Source: Planctomycetota bacterium (GTDB lineage Bacteria; Planctomycetota; GCA-002687715; DRQF01). Taken from it: a stretch of 63,827 nucleotides of DNA. The first letter of the stretch is position 1. Each line of letters starts with the position of its first letter. The stretch lies in the NCBI GenBank assembly GCA_027001995.1, contig JALTLO010000133.1, positions 1-63,827 of the forward strand. The letters are read 5' to 3'. A model generated the notes under the pieces. That model was not told the origin of the DNA. It did not search any database and saw only the letters and a program-made list of their open reading frames with translations. The translations under genes and the position numbers were made by a program. Shown here in pieces: positions 27,894 through 37,876 of the stretch.

Positions 27894-28943
27894 ATGAAAA
27901 AACAAGTTTCACGTCGGGGATTTATCAAGAGCGGCATTCTCGTGGCAGGTGCAGGGGCCACTTTGTCTCAGTCCCTCCCAGCATTCGCAATCGGAAAAGA
28001 AACCAAGTGCGCAGTGGCCTGCAGCAGCAACGGGTTGCCCTATATTGCTGAAGCTCTTGAGAAACTTGCTAAAGGCCAAGATACCTTGGATGTGGCCATT
28101 GAAGCGGTGAATCATGTTGAGAACGATCCGAACGACATGAGCGTGGGATATGGAGGTTTGCCGAATGCTGATGGCGTGGTTGAACTTGATGCCAGTTGCA
28201 TGCACGGTCCAACAAACAATGCTGGGGCCGTTGGGGCCCTTCAGGGCATCAAGAACCCTTGTCGTGTTGCTCGGGACGTCCTGTGGAATACCAATCATGT
28301 CATGCTTGTGGGCGAAGGAGCACTGCGGTTCGCCAAGATGATGGGGCACAAAGAAGAGAACTTACTCACCGAAAAAGCCCGTCGCGTTTGGCTACACTGG
28401 AAACGGAGTCACTCCACCAAAGATGATTGGTTGGAACCCCATGAGAAACGTCCTGAACTCAAGAAAAAGAAGGACGGCAAGCGAGAGACCGGTACCATCA
28501 ACTTCAATTGCTGCAACGAGAAGGGAGAAGTGAGCGCTGTTACAACCACCAGCGGTTTAGCCTGGAAGATCCCTGGCCGGGTTGGAGATTCTCCTATCAT
28601 CGGTGCAGGTCTCTACGTCGACGGCAAGATCGGCGCTGCAGGCAGCACGGGCACAGGAGAATGTGTCATTGTCGGATGTGGTGCCCACACCGTTGTTGAA
28701 GCTATGCGCAATGGCATGCACCCCAAGGATGCCTGTATCCACGGGATCAAGCGGGTGATTGAGATGAATACCATGCCCAATCGTCTCAAAAAGAATGGCC
28801 GCCCCAACTTCCAAGTCAACTTCTATGCGGTCAACACCAAGGGTGAATTCGGAGGAGCTGCCATCTACCCAACGAAATTTGCTGCTGGAGACGCCAAGGG
28901 CGTAAGACTCATCGAGTCTGCTTCCCACTTTTCTTCTTGGTAG
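27894..28943 (+). CDS. Tat-exported N4-(beta-N-acetylglucosaminyl)-L-asparaginase / Ntn-hydrolase
   Basis: SRRGFIK Tat signal; SVGYGGLPN.DG.VELDA; G|TI autoprocessing site; TSG..KIPGRVGDSPIIGAG; TGTGE. Confidence 0.88.
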   Translation: MKKQVSRRGFIKSGILVAGAGATLSQSLPAFAIGKETKCAVACSSNGLPYIAEALEKLAKGQDTLDVAIEAVNHVENDPNDMSVGYGGLPNADGVVELDASCMHGPTNNAGAVGALQGIKNPCRVARDVLWNTNHVMLVGEGALRFAKMMGHKEENLLTEKARRVWLHWKRSHSTKDDWLEPHEKRPELKKKKDGKRETGTINFNCCNEKGEVSAVTTTSGLAWKIPGRVGDSPIIGAGLYVDGKIGAAGSTGTGECVIVGCGAHTVVEAMRNGMHPKDACIHGIKRVIEMNTMPNRLKKNGRPNFQVNFYAVNTKGEFGGAAIYPTKFAAGDAKGVRLIESASHFSSW

Positions 28944-28972
28944 AATTCTGAGACGAATGAGGCTGCGATGGA

Positions 28973-30172
28973 TCAACGGCTAAACATCAACCGTCGAGAA
29001 AAGACCCGCAAGAAAATAATGAGGCCGATGAAGCAAGCCAAAAATGCGACACTGATCATTCCCAAGGTCGACGGTGAGCGTGAGGACAACTCCTCCCGCA
29101 ATGCTGCCAAGAGTTCCGTTTTTCTCTCTGGATCAAGGGCGAACTCGTCATTCTCCACCATGGCAATCCACTGTTCATGATAGTCAATGCCTCGGGGTGT
29201 ACGCAGACAAAGCTCGAAGGCATGGAGCTTTGCCCTTTTATCATAACGTGAACTCTCGGCGATAAAGCGATTGACAACATAGGAGTCATTCACTCTTCGG
29301 ATAGAAGAACCTCTGGGCTGGTCAAGAAGCTCGATGAATCCTGCCGCCATGGCGGCTTGTTGGTAGCTGTAAGAATGAGATCCGGCGTCCTTGCTCTTGT
29401 TGACCAGCAGCGTCCCCTTGAGTCCTCCAGCTTTTCTATTCGCCCGCCGAAGAATCTTCTTGGCTTGTTTCCTGGGAAAACACGATGTCAACGATTGAAA
29501 CCGACTCATGTCCAACAAAATCATGGCAAACTTGCGATCAGCGCCCAGTTCGAATTCATTGCCCAAGAGTGTCAAGATGTCCGCCAAGGTGACATCCTTG
29601 GTTTTCACCGTCATATCTGGAGTGTCTTCCAAGTAAATCCCGAAACGGCGCGAGGTGTATCCACGTTTGGCACGGTCCCTGAAGTAATTCCAGTTCTTGA
29701 AATCGAAAACTGAAATGTGGCCCTGCCTGCGGCTCACAGGAGCTGAACCAAATCGATTCCATTCATCGAATCCCCGCACCCAAGTCAAGCGCCCGTTCTC
29801 TTCAAGGATGCCGTCTTTCAGCCCTCTTCTTCCGGCAACAAAGACGTTCTCTCCTGGGTTTCGGCGTTTGACCCGAATGCGCCACCATAGATTGGGTTCT
29901 GGGTTGACCCCATCCGTAATCTCAGATCGAGCATATCTTCGTGTCAGATAGCTCATGGAAGAATTACGATGATTCCCACCACCGTACGAACCGTAAGCAG
30001 CGATGATGTCTATGAAGAAAACGGAACCGCCTTTGAGGGGGTCACATGGTTGAGTCACCCGCATGCTTCCAGAAACTATAGGCTCAATCATCTCGATTTG
30101 TGCACCAAGCGAAGGGGAGACGACACCGATGAGCAGAAGGAAGAGAACAGCGACATGGAGCTTCATAGACAT
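28973..30172 (-). CDS. Hypothetical exported protein with a C-terminal TM and basic tail
   Basis: About 400-aa ORF; signal peptide; C-terminus GMISVAFLACFIGLIIFLRVFSRR. Confidence 0.7.
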   Translation of the reverse strand: MSMKLHVAVLFLLLIGVVSPSLGAQIEMIEPIVSGSMRVTQPCDPLKGGSVFFIDIIAAYGSYGGGNHRNSSMSYLTRRYARSEITDGVNPEPNLWWRIRVKRRNPGENVFVAGRRGLKDGILEENGRLTWVRGFDEWNRFGSAPVSRRQGHISVFDFKNWNYFRDRAKRGYTSRRFGIYLEDTPDMTVKTKDVTLADILTLLGNEFELGADRKFAMILLDMSRFQSLTSCFPRKQAKKILRRANRKAGGLKGTLLVNKSKDAGSHSYSYQQAAMAAGFIELLDQPRGSSIRRVNDSYVVNRFIAESSRYDKRAKLHAFELCLRTPRGIDYHEQWIAMVENDEFALDPERKTELLAALREELSSRSPSTLGMISVAFLACFIGLIIFLRVFSRRLMFSR

Positions 30173-30179
30173 ATCTCGA

Positions 30180-30716
30180 TCAGTAAACGAGCAAGGACTC
30201 AATCTTCAAGTTGTCGCCCAATTTCTTCCGACCTTTCAAGAAGGAAAGCTCAATGACGAAGGCACAAGCAACAACCTCGGCACCTTGATTTTCAACCAAA
30301 CGTTGGCAAGCACTGATGGTGCCCCCTGTGGCCAGCAGATCATCAATCAAGACGACTCTTTGCCCCGGTTTCACAGCATCTTCGTGCATTTGCACTGTGT
30401 CTTCGCCATATTCAAGGGCGTAACTCTCTTCGACGGTCTTCCATGGAAGTTTTCCTTTTTTTCGAATTGGGGCAAAACTTTTTTCCATCTTAACGGCCAA
30501 GGGGCAGCCAAAAATGAATCCCCGGGCTTCCGGGCCGAGGATGACATCGAATTCCACTCCTGACAAACATTCTGCCAAGACGTCTATGGATGCGGCGAAG
30601 CCACTTGGATCTGCCAGAAGAGGGGTGATGTCTTTGAATAAGATGCCTTCCTTGGGAAAGTCTGGGACATCCCGGATGAGGCCCTTGATTTGATCGATTT
30701 TGGAATTGTTTTTCAT
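30180..30716 (-). CDS. apt: Adenine phosphoribosyltransferase
   Basis: IRDVPDFPKEGILFKDITPLL; EARGFIFG; YALEYG; IDDLLATGGT. Confidence 0.97.
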   Translation of the reverse strand: MKNNSKIDQIKGLIRDVPDFPKEGILFKDITPLLADPSGFAASIDVLAECLSGVEFDVILGPEARGFIFGCPLAVKMEKSFAPIRKKGKLPWKTVEESYALEYGEDTVQMHEDAVKPGQRVVLIDDLLATGGTISACQRLVENQGAEVVACAFVIELSFLKGRKKLGDNLKIESLLVY

Positions 30717-30775
30717 TGGTCGCTCTTTTTTGAAGTCTTCAAACAAGAATAGCCAGGTATCAATGGTGGCTACCT

Positions 30776-32680
30776 TTACATATGAGATTCCCATTCGTCT
30801 TCTAAGTTCTTCAGCTCTTCTTCCAGAGATAGGAGTTCTGCTTTCAAATCCCTTAAGGCCTGAGGATCCTTGTAAATATCCGGACTTTCCATCGCTTTCA
30901 TGATGTTGTCCTTTCTCTCTTCGGCTTGCATGATTTCAGCTTCAACAGTGGATATAGCCCGCTTCTTGACTTTCCCTAGTGAGTTCGTCCGATGTTTGTC
31001 TTCTTTTTGTCGTTTTTTTGATTCTCGCTTGGCCTCTGCCGCTTCCAGATCAGCTATCTCTCGTTGTTCTCGGGCTCGGCGTTGACGACCCTTGCGGACG
31101 AAACTGTAGTTCCCCACACCCAGTTCATGGTGGTCTCCCTCGAGCCAAAGAACTTTGTTGCAAACCCGGTCCAAGAAGAAACGGTCATGTGATACCGTGA
31201 CAATAACCCCGTCATAGTCGGCTAAGACTGATTCTAAAGCCTTGCGAGAGGGGATATCCAGATGATTGGTAGGCTCATCCAGAACCAGGACATTGGGACG
31301 GGCCAAGATCAATTTAGCCAACATGAGTTTGCTTTTTTCTCCTCCAGAGAAACTACTGAGAGGGCGATGAACATCGTCGTCGCGAAAAAGAAAACGGGCC
31401 AAGAAACTCCTGATTTGAAGGTCTGTCAGTTGAAGATCTGCTTCGGCGATTTCTTCGTATGGGCTGAGTTCTGGGTTAATCGTTGTTTGCAACTGGTCGA
31501 AGTATCCCACGTCTGCAGTTTTCCCAACAACAACGGTGCCAGCTAAAGGCTCCAATTGCCCCATGATTACTTTCAATAGGGTGGATTTGCCGGCACCATT
31601 GGCGCCAACGATTCCCAAGCGGTCTTCTTGTTCCAGGCGTACATCAAGATTCTCAATGAGAGTTTCCTCACCATAGCCAACTCTCAACTCTTCAATATCT
31701 AAGACTTCAGTCCCCAAACGTTTCTTTGGGCTCAGGGCCAGCCGAATCTCTTGATCTTCAGGTCGAGGCGCGTCGAATTGCTCCAAGCGATTGAGACGTT
31801 TGAGTCTACCTTTGGCTTCTTTGGTCCTCTGACCACCGATGTGTTTACGGATGAATTCTCTTTCCTTGCGGATGAAGCCCTGTTGCTCCCCAAAGACCTT
31901 TCGGGCTCGAGCTCGCTCATCAGCCTTGCGGGTTTCGTATTCAGAATAGCCGCAACCGTAATCAGTAACCCCACCAGCGGCTACTTCTAAGGTGCGTTTG
32001 GTGACCCGGTCGAGGAAGTAACGATCATGGGAAACAATCATGCAAGCCCCATGATACTTGTCGAGATAGCTCTCCAACCACTCACAACCCTCGATGTCGA
32101 GATGGTTGGTGGGCTCATCAAGAATCAGAAGATCGGGTTCGCGCAACAGGAGCTTTCCTAATGCTAAGCGTCCACTTTCGCCGCCGGAGAGTTTGGCAAC
32201 ACAGCGGTCAAGTAGCTTCTTGCTCAAACCCAACCCCATGAGGACACTCTCGACTTTAGCACGAATGCCATACCCCCCGAGCTGCTCAAACTGCTCTTGC
32301 TGGTCGGCGAGCTTGGCAAGTTTGCGATTCATCACTTTTTCATCGGAGACTTCAGCCAATTCGGCCTCCAAGACGCGCATCTCTTTCTCTAAGGCAAAGA
32401 CATCATCAAAGGCCCGCATGCCTTCATCAAGCACGCTGTGGTCTGCATCATAATGGTTGTGCTGTTCCAGGTAGCCTACGGTGGCCGTTCGGCTGCGCAT
32501 GATGGTCCCGGTGTCAGGCTCATCCTTGGACAAGAACAAAGAACAGAGTGTTGACTTGCCACTGCCATTAGGACCGACAATGCCAACTCTTTCGTTTGAT
32601 TCGATCTCAAACGACACGTCTTCGAAAATCACGCTGGCATCATGGGCTTTGGAGACATCTTTTAGGGCAACAAGAATCAT
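30776..32680 (-). CDS. ABC-F family ATPase (Uup/YdiF-like) with a C-terminal coiled coil
   Basis: Two NBDs (GPNGSGKST and GANGAGKST; LSGGE/FSGGE; LDEPTNHLD; SHDR); no TM segments. Confidence 0.95.
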   Translation of the reverse strand: MILVALKDVSKAHDASVIFEDVSFEIESNERVGIVGPNGSGKSTLCSLFLSKDEPDTGTIMRSRTATVGYLEQHNHYDADHSVLDEGMRAFDDVFALEKEMRVLEAELAEVSDEKVMNRKLAKLADQQEQFEQLGGYGIRAKVESVLMGLGLSKKLLDRCVAKLSGGESGRLALGKLLLREPDLLILDEPTNHLDIEGCEWLESYLDKYHGACMIVSHDRYFLDRVTKRTLEVAAGGVTDYGCGYSEYETRKADERARARKVFGEQQGFIRKEREFIRKHIGGQRTKEAKGRLKRLNRLEQFDAPRPEDQEIRLALSPKKRLGTEVLDIEELRVGYGEETLIENLDVRLEQEDRLGIVGANGAGKSTLLKVIMGQLEPLAGTVVVGKTADVGYFDQLQTTINPELSPYEEIAEADLQLTDLQIRSFLARFLFRDDDVHRPLSSFSGGEKSKLMLAKLILARPNVLVLDEPTNHLDIPSRKALESVLADYDGVIVTVSHDRFFLDRVCNKVLWLEGDHHELGVGNYSFVRKGRQRRAREQREIADLEAAEAKRESKKRQKEDKHRTNSLGKVKKRAISTVEAEIMQAEERKDNIMKAMESPDIYKDPQALRDLKAELLSLEEELKNLEDEWESHM

Positions 32681-33114
32681 AAACTTTCGTCCAGCTTCAA
32701 CACAGTTTCGGCAGCAGTCAGCAATTTGCGCAAGTCTTCATGTTGTAGCAAGTTTAGCGCTTGATCGAAGTCATACCAGTCTCCACAGGAATGCTCTTCC
32801 GACAAGACCACATCTTCTGTGTTCGTCTGCCCGAGAAAATAGGTCACCACTTTCTCAAATTTTTCACTCCCGGGGTATTGCACTTCATAGGTGAGGACTT
32901 CGCGGAAACTGTCATCTAAGACGATGTCGGCAATACCCGTTTCCTCTTGCAACTCTCGCTCGGCGCAAGCGTGTGCATCTTCGCTTGGCTCTTGGTGACC
33001 TTTGGGGAACCCCCACGTGTGGTGCAATGCGTTGGCAAGGAGCAAATAGACCCGATCATTTCCTTGACGGCGCCAGAGAATCACCCCAGCGGCCTTTTTC
33101 GTTATTTTTGACAT
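32677..33114 (-). CDS. Nudix hydrolase (asymmetric Ap4A hydrolase-like)
   Basis: WGFPKGH.E..ED....A.RELQEETG; K.VTYFL; LSEEH. Confidence 0.9.
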   Translation of the reverse strand: MSKITKKAAGVILWRRQGNDRVYLLLANALHHTWGFPKGHQEPSEDAHACAERELQEETGIADIVLDDSFREVLTYEVQYPGSEKFEKVVTYFLGQTNTEDVVLSEEHSCGDWYDFDQALNLLQHEDLRKLLTAAETVLKLDESL

Positions 33115-33215
33115 GGTTGGACTATACCGTATTGAACTCTCCAAGTCCTTGTCTTGCCAACATGTTATAGTCGACCCCTAGGTCATGTTGGATACACACG
33201 CAAGGGAGAGCTGTC

Positions 33216-33764
33216 GTGACGCGATGCACTGCGCTTTGGCTTCTTGGTTTTCTTACCCTCATCAGTGGCTGCTCAAGCAGTACCCCTGGTGGCCGCTGGC
33301 TCTACGACGAGAGCACGCCCCCCAAACTGTTGGACGCAGAAATTCGCATGAACACCCTGAGACGAGCAAAGGGGGATAAGAAACCAGATATCCGCATTAT
33401 CAAAGTCGTGGACGGTGAGATTTTCTGTTCCTTATCATCCCGCGTTCGCAATGTGGAAGGCGAAGGCACTTTGTCTGCCAAAGAATACGGCCAAATTTGG
33501 TCGTTAATTGAAGAACTGGGGGGCTTCGATCAAGAGGCCGAAGCCCCGGATCAGACCGGTGGCTACTACCACGCCATTTCGTTTCGGCTGGGTCACCGCC
33601 TGGGACAATCCTCTGCTCAAAATCGCTCCAATTTCCTGGGTTTAGGGACGACCGAGATTCAGGCACGTTTGAGTTTGGCCAATGCCATTACCAGAATTGT
33701 CGAAGCCAACGTGACCATTCGAGAGATGGCGCCCCCTCCAGAAAGCGATTCGAAGAAGAAATGA
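33216..33764 (+). CDS. Hypothetical lipoprotein
   Basis: GTG start after GGGAG; lipobox ISGC. Confidence 0.7.
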   Translation: MTRCTALWLLGFLTLISGCSSSTPGGRWLYDESTPPKLLDAEIRMNTLRRAKGDKKPDIRIIKVVDGEIFCSLSSRVRNVEGEGTLSAKEYGQIWSLIEELGGFDQEAEAPDQTGGYYHAISFRLGHRLGQSSAQNRSNFLGLGTTEIQARLSLANAITRIVEANVTIREMAPPPESDSKKK

Positions 33765-34300
33765 AATCTCTTCTTTCACGCTATCTCTTAGAGCTGCGGG
33801 TTGTCATCGAAACTTTGGATATGAAACCCTGGGAAGAGCTAGCCAAGGAAATAGCTCATCATCCCAGGCTCTTTGTCGCTGGTTTGGGGCGAACCGGAGC
33901 TGTCATGCGGGCCTTCGCTGCGAAGTTAAATCAACATGGAAGAGACACCCATGTGGCCTTGGAGCCTGGAACCCCCGTTCTGAAGTGCGACGATCTTTTG
34001 TTCATCGGATCGGGATCAGGCACCACAGAAACCATGGTAGCCGTGGCCAAAGAGGCCCAGAAGAAACAGGTTCGTGTGATCGTAGCCACCGGAAACTTAC
34101 TGTCTCCCTTGGGGCAATTGGCTGATCAACGCCTTCTGATTCCCCCTCTATTGCCCCCAGAACCCTTAGATGAAGATGAAATTGCCGGTCCAGTCCAAGC
34201 TGGATTTGAGCAGACTCTCTTCTTGGTATTGGACGCTTTGGCAGCTCGAATTACAGGGACCGAGCCTCAGCCCAAGGGCGGTTTCGATATTCCTTCCTGA
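33761..34300 (+). CDS. SIS-domain sugar-phosphate isomerase (HxlB/PHI-like)
   Basis: FVAGLGRTG; DDL..GSGSG.T; SPL..LAD; FEQ. Confidence 0.8.
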   Translation: MKSLLSRYLLELRVVIETLDMKPWEELAKEIAHHPRLFVAGLGRTGAVMRAFAAKLNQHGRDTHVALEPGTPVLKCDDLLFIGSGSGTTETMVAVAKEAQKKQVRVIVATGNLLSPLGQLADQRLLIPPLLPPEPLDEDEIAGPVQAGFEQTLFLVLDALAARITGTEPQPKGGFDIPS

Positions 34301-34452
34301 TTGTTGGCGTAACAGCTAAGTACTAATGGACTTATGGAATCGCGTTCGAAATGCCGCAGTTGAAAACCGAGGCAGATTTTCGTTAGCATTCCAGCTCATG
34401 GCTGTGCATGGGTTTGCATCGCCATTCGGTATTCGAACTCCGTGAGGTCACC

Positions 34453-35640
34453 ATGAACGACGCCTTTATCGTTTCTGCGGCAAGAACCGCAATCGGCAAA
34501 TTCCAAGGAGCATTTGGTGGTGTGCGCGCCCCGGAATTGGGGGCAGGAGCCATCAAGGCTGCCATCGAACGAGCTGGAATAGCTCCAGATTTGATCGAAG
34601 ACGTCATCATGGGTTGCGTCCTTCAGAGCGGCTTAGGACAAAATCCCGCCCGCCAAGCCCTCCGGGCTTCAGGAATCCCAGACACTGTGGGTGCTTTGAC
34701 TATCAACAAGGTTTGCGGCAGCGGATTGAAAGCAGTGGCGTTGGCAGCTCAAGCTATCCGCGCTGGGGATCACCATGCGGTCATCGCCGGAGGCATGGAA
34801 AACATGACACAATCGCCTCACCTGGTGCCGAATTTACGCTCGGGATTGCGCCTGGGGAATGGCCAGCTCCTCGACAGCATGGTCAATGATGGGCTTTGGG
34901 ATGTTTACAATGATTTTCACATGGGCATGACAGCAGAACTGGTGAGCGACAAATACCAAGTCTCCCGGGAAGCTCAGGATGCCTACGCCGCCGAAAGCCA
35001 TCGTCGTGCTGTTGATGCCATGGAAAAGGGTCTCTTCCAAGAAGAGATCACAGCTATGGAAGTCAAAGGCAGAAAGGGCGTGGTGAACGTCGTTGAGGAA
35101 GACGAAGGGCCAAGAGCTGGCAATGATCAAGCAAGCTTGGGGAAACTGCGACCCGCTTTCAAACGTGACGGAGGTACGGTCACAGCTGGCAATGCATCCA
35201 GCATCAATGATGGTGGCGCTGCCTGCTTTGTCGCCAGTGGGGAATTCTGCGAAAAGAACAATTTGAAACCTCTCGCAAGAATCACAGGTTACACCGTGGG
35301 AGGAATGGCTCCTGAGTGGGTGATGATGGCTCCTGTGGACGCGGTGGGTAAACTCTTAACGAAAACGAACACCAAGATTGATGACTACGATCTCTTGGAG
35401 ATCAACGAAGCCTTCTCGGCGGCTGCGGTTGCCGTCACCAAGGAAATCAACGCTGACCCAGAAAAGGTCAATGTCAATGGTGGCGCTGTGGCTTTGGGTC
35501 ATCCCATTGGTGCCTCAGGTTGTCGAATTTTGGTCACCCTCCTGCATGCTCTGAAGCAGCGAGATTTATCGAGAGGTTTGGCCACACTGTGCTTGGGCGG
35601 CGGAAACGCCGTAGCCATGTCGGTCGAGATGTGCAAATGA
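34453..35640 (+). CDS. Acetyl-CoA C-acetyltransferase (thiolase) 1
   Basis: NKVCGSG; NEAF; GHPIGASG; LCLGGG. Confidence 0.96.
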   Translation: MNDAFIVSAARTAIGKFQGAFGGVRAPELGAGAIKAAIERAGIAPDLIEDVIMGCVLQSGLGQNPARQALRASGIPDTVGALTINKVCGSGLKAVALAAQAIRAGDHHAVIAGGMENMTQSPHLVPNLRSGLRLGNGQLLDSMVNDGLWDVYNDFHMGMTAELVSDKYQVSREAQDAYAAESHRRAVDAMEKGLFQEEITAMEVKGRKGVVNVVEEDEGPRAGNDQASLGKLRPAFKRDGGTVTAGNASSINDGGAACFVASGEFCEKNNLKPLARITGYTVGGMAPEWVMMAPVDAVGKLLTKTNTKIDDYDLLEINEAFSAAAVAVTKEINADPEKVNVNGGAVALGHPIGASGCRILVTLLHALKQRDLSRGLATLCLGGGNAVAMSVEMCK

Positions 35641-36926
35641 AAACGCGAAACATGGCCTTGATTTTGACCTTCATAGGTCTTGGTCTTCTCGGAAGCTGTA
35701 GTAGACAACCATCCCAAGACTATGTTGTCACGGGAACACTATCCTTGACTCCGGAAATGCAGAGTCGCTTTGAGTCCTTTCAGAGAAGTAATATCGGTTT
35801 GGAATTGATCATGACAGCACGATCAAGTCCCAAGAGCGAAGATATTCTCATCCAGAGGCGCTGGACCTATCTCACAATGCCCTTCGAATTTGGCCTGGGA
35901 AAAGGGAGAACTGAGTATTTCCTCAAGAAGACCAAAAGCGTCTACGTTACGGCAGTCCTGCGAGCCAAATCAACACAGTTCCCCTTCAACTTGGCGAGCT
36001 TCACGGCCAAGCCTGTGCCTATAGGCACCTACCACATCAACCTGTTGCTGGACGATGACCCGGATTCCCCAGAGACCTTAAGCAAAGAAGGCGCTCCAGT
36101 TGGGGGCTGGACTTCCACCACCATCATTGAAGAGGCAATTCCTCCAGGGCTTGAAGTTAAGCCCTTGGGGCCTATGGCTTTCGCCGGCACGATTTCTGCG
36201 CCCGAAGGCTTAGGGCAGTCGTTCCGCGGATGGAAACTTCAGATCGTCGCTCGGGAAAGAGTTGATCGTGGAGCCCCAGAATTGATTTTGGCTATTGACT
36301 CGCCGGTCTTTCCCTACAAATATTCCCTCCACCAATTCCATCGGATGATGGGAGGGAACGACTTGATCACCGATCCCAAGTATGTCGTGGTCCTCTTGGA
36401 TCGGGATGGTAGTGTCGAGACAAAAGATGACCGGGTTGAAGTGGCTTCAGCTCAAAAAGTCGAAATTGGGGCATCCGATCTCAACTTTCGCTTGCCTGAA
36501 TCTCGTCTGCGGGAATTGTTGGGCTTAGGCAAGAAGTCAAGGACACCCACCACCCAATCAACGAAAAGGCCGACTTCAACCAACACATCCCCCAAAGGGC
36601 AATTGGTTGCTCGTGGGGTCGTGGAATTACCGAAAGAATTCGCCGCAGCGGCCAAGGGTGCAACGCTTTGGATCATCGTTCGCGATCCCGAGTCCAAGAG
36701 ATCGTTGATGTTCAAAAGTTACAAAGACATGACGTTTCCTTTTCAATTTGAAATCAGCAATGGGGAGGGGGCCATGGGGATGGGTGTGAAACCCAATCAA
36801 CGGCTGGTTGTGAAAGCAACTCTAAGTCCAAGCGGCGACCCGACGGACACGAAGTCCATGACTGGCTATTCTCCCGAAAGTGTCACCGGCGCTGAAGGTC
36901 TCAAGATTACTTTAGCTCAACCTTAG
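35637..36926 (+). CDS. Lipoprotein with three CcmI/CycH C-terminal-like (YbaY-like) beta domains
   Basis: ATGA overlap with the thiolase; lipobox LGSC; three repeats of G.(I/V/L)...L..AR....(F/M)P(F/Y).(F/Y).L. Confidence 0.6.
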   Translation: MKTRNMALILTFIGLGLLGSCSRQPSQDYVVTGTLSLTPEMQSRFESFQRSNIGLELIMTARSSPKSEDILIQRRWTYLTMPFEFGLGKGRTEYFLKKTKSVYVTAVLRAKSTQFPFNLASFTAKPVPIGTYHINLLLDDDPDSPETLSKEGAPVGGWTSTTIIEEAIPPGLEVKPLGPMAFAGTISAPEGLGQSFRGWKLQIVARERVDRGAPELILAIDSPVFPYKYSLHQFHRMMGGNDLITDPKYVVVLLDRDGSVETKDDRVEVASAQKVEIGASDLNFRLPESRLRELLGLGKKSRTPTTQSTKRPTSTNTSPKGQLVARGVVELPKEFAAAAKGATLWIIVRDPESKRSLMFKSYKDMTFPFQFEISNGEGAMGMGVKPNQRLVVKATLSPSGDPTDTKSMTGYSPESVTGAEGLKITLAQP

Positions 36927-37011
36927 GATGATCGGACCAGGGCAGATCACAATCTGAAAACCGAAGTACATTCTGGCGGCGAAACAGACGCTGCACGAAA
37001 CGCAGGAGTGA

Positions 37012-37869
37012 ATGATGAAAATTTCGAAAGTAACAGTGGTTGGTGGCGGAACCATGGGCAATGGAATCGCTCAGGTGTTCGCCATCTCTGGATTTGATGT
37101 CGTCCTCATCGACATGAAACAGGAATTCTTGGACCGTGCTCGTGCCACTATCGAGAAAAACACCGCACGACTGGTCAAGAAAGAAAAGATCAGCTCAGGT
37201 GATGCGGAGAAGGCATTGGGACGCATCACCTACGCCCAAGATCTCGAGGCCGCTCATGATTCCCAGTTAGCTGTTGAAGCTGTTTTTGAAAGCCTCGAAG
37301 TCAAAACAGAAGTTTTTAGGAAACTTGACCAAGTGATGCCTCCAGAGGCCATCATTTCCAGCAATACCTCATCTATCTCGATCACGGTGTTGGCTTCTCA
37401 AACCAAGCGACCCTCCCAGGTGATTGGTATGCACTTCATGAATCCAGTTCCTATCATGAAGTTGGTTGAAGTCATCCGTGGGGATCAAACCTCTGATGAA
37501 ACAAATGCCGCTGTCTTGGACGCTTGTGAGCGCTTGGGAAAGATCCCTTGTGTTGCAAACGACTACCCTGGATTTGTCGCCAATAGAATCTTGATGCCCA
37601 TGATCAACGAAGCCTGCTTTGCTCTCATGGAAGGCGTCGCTACCAAAGAGTCCATCGACAGCATCATGAAACTAGGTATGGCCCATCCCATGGGGCCTCT
37701 TCAACTGGCCGATTTCATTGGCTTAGACATTTGCGTCAACATCTTGAATGTCCTTCACAGCGGTTTGGGTGATCCAAAATATCGTGTTTGCCCCCTTCTG
37801 AAAAAGATGGTGGACGCAGGGCGACTGGGAAGAAAGAGCGGTCGCGGTTTCTACGACTACGAGGCATAA
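37012..37869 (+). CDS. hbd: 3-hydroxybutyryl-CoA dehydrogenase
   Basis: [50 protein letters not shown]. Confidence 0.95.
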   Translation: MMKISKVTVVGGGTMGNGIAQVFAISGFDVVLIDMKQEFLDRARATIEKNTARLVKKEKISSGDAEKALGRITYAQDLEAAHDSQLAVEAVFESLEVKTEVFRKLDQVMPPEAIISSNTSSISITVLASQTKRPSQVIGMHFMNPVPIMKLVEVIRGDQTSDETNAAVLDACERLGKIPCVANDYPGFVANRILMPMINEACFALMEGVATKESIDSIMKLGMAHPMGPLQLADFIGLDICVNILNVLHSGLGDPKYRVCPLLKKMVDAGRLGRKSGRGFYDYEA

Positions 37870-37876
37870 GACAAAC

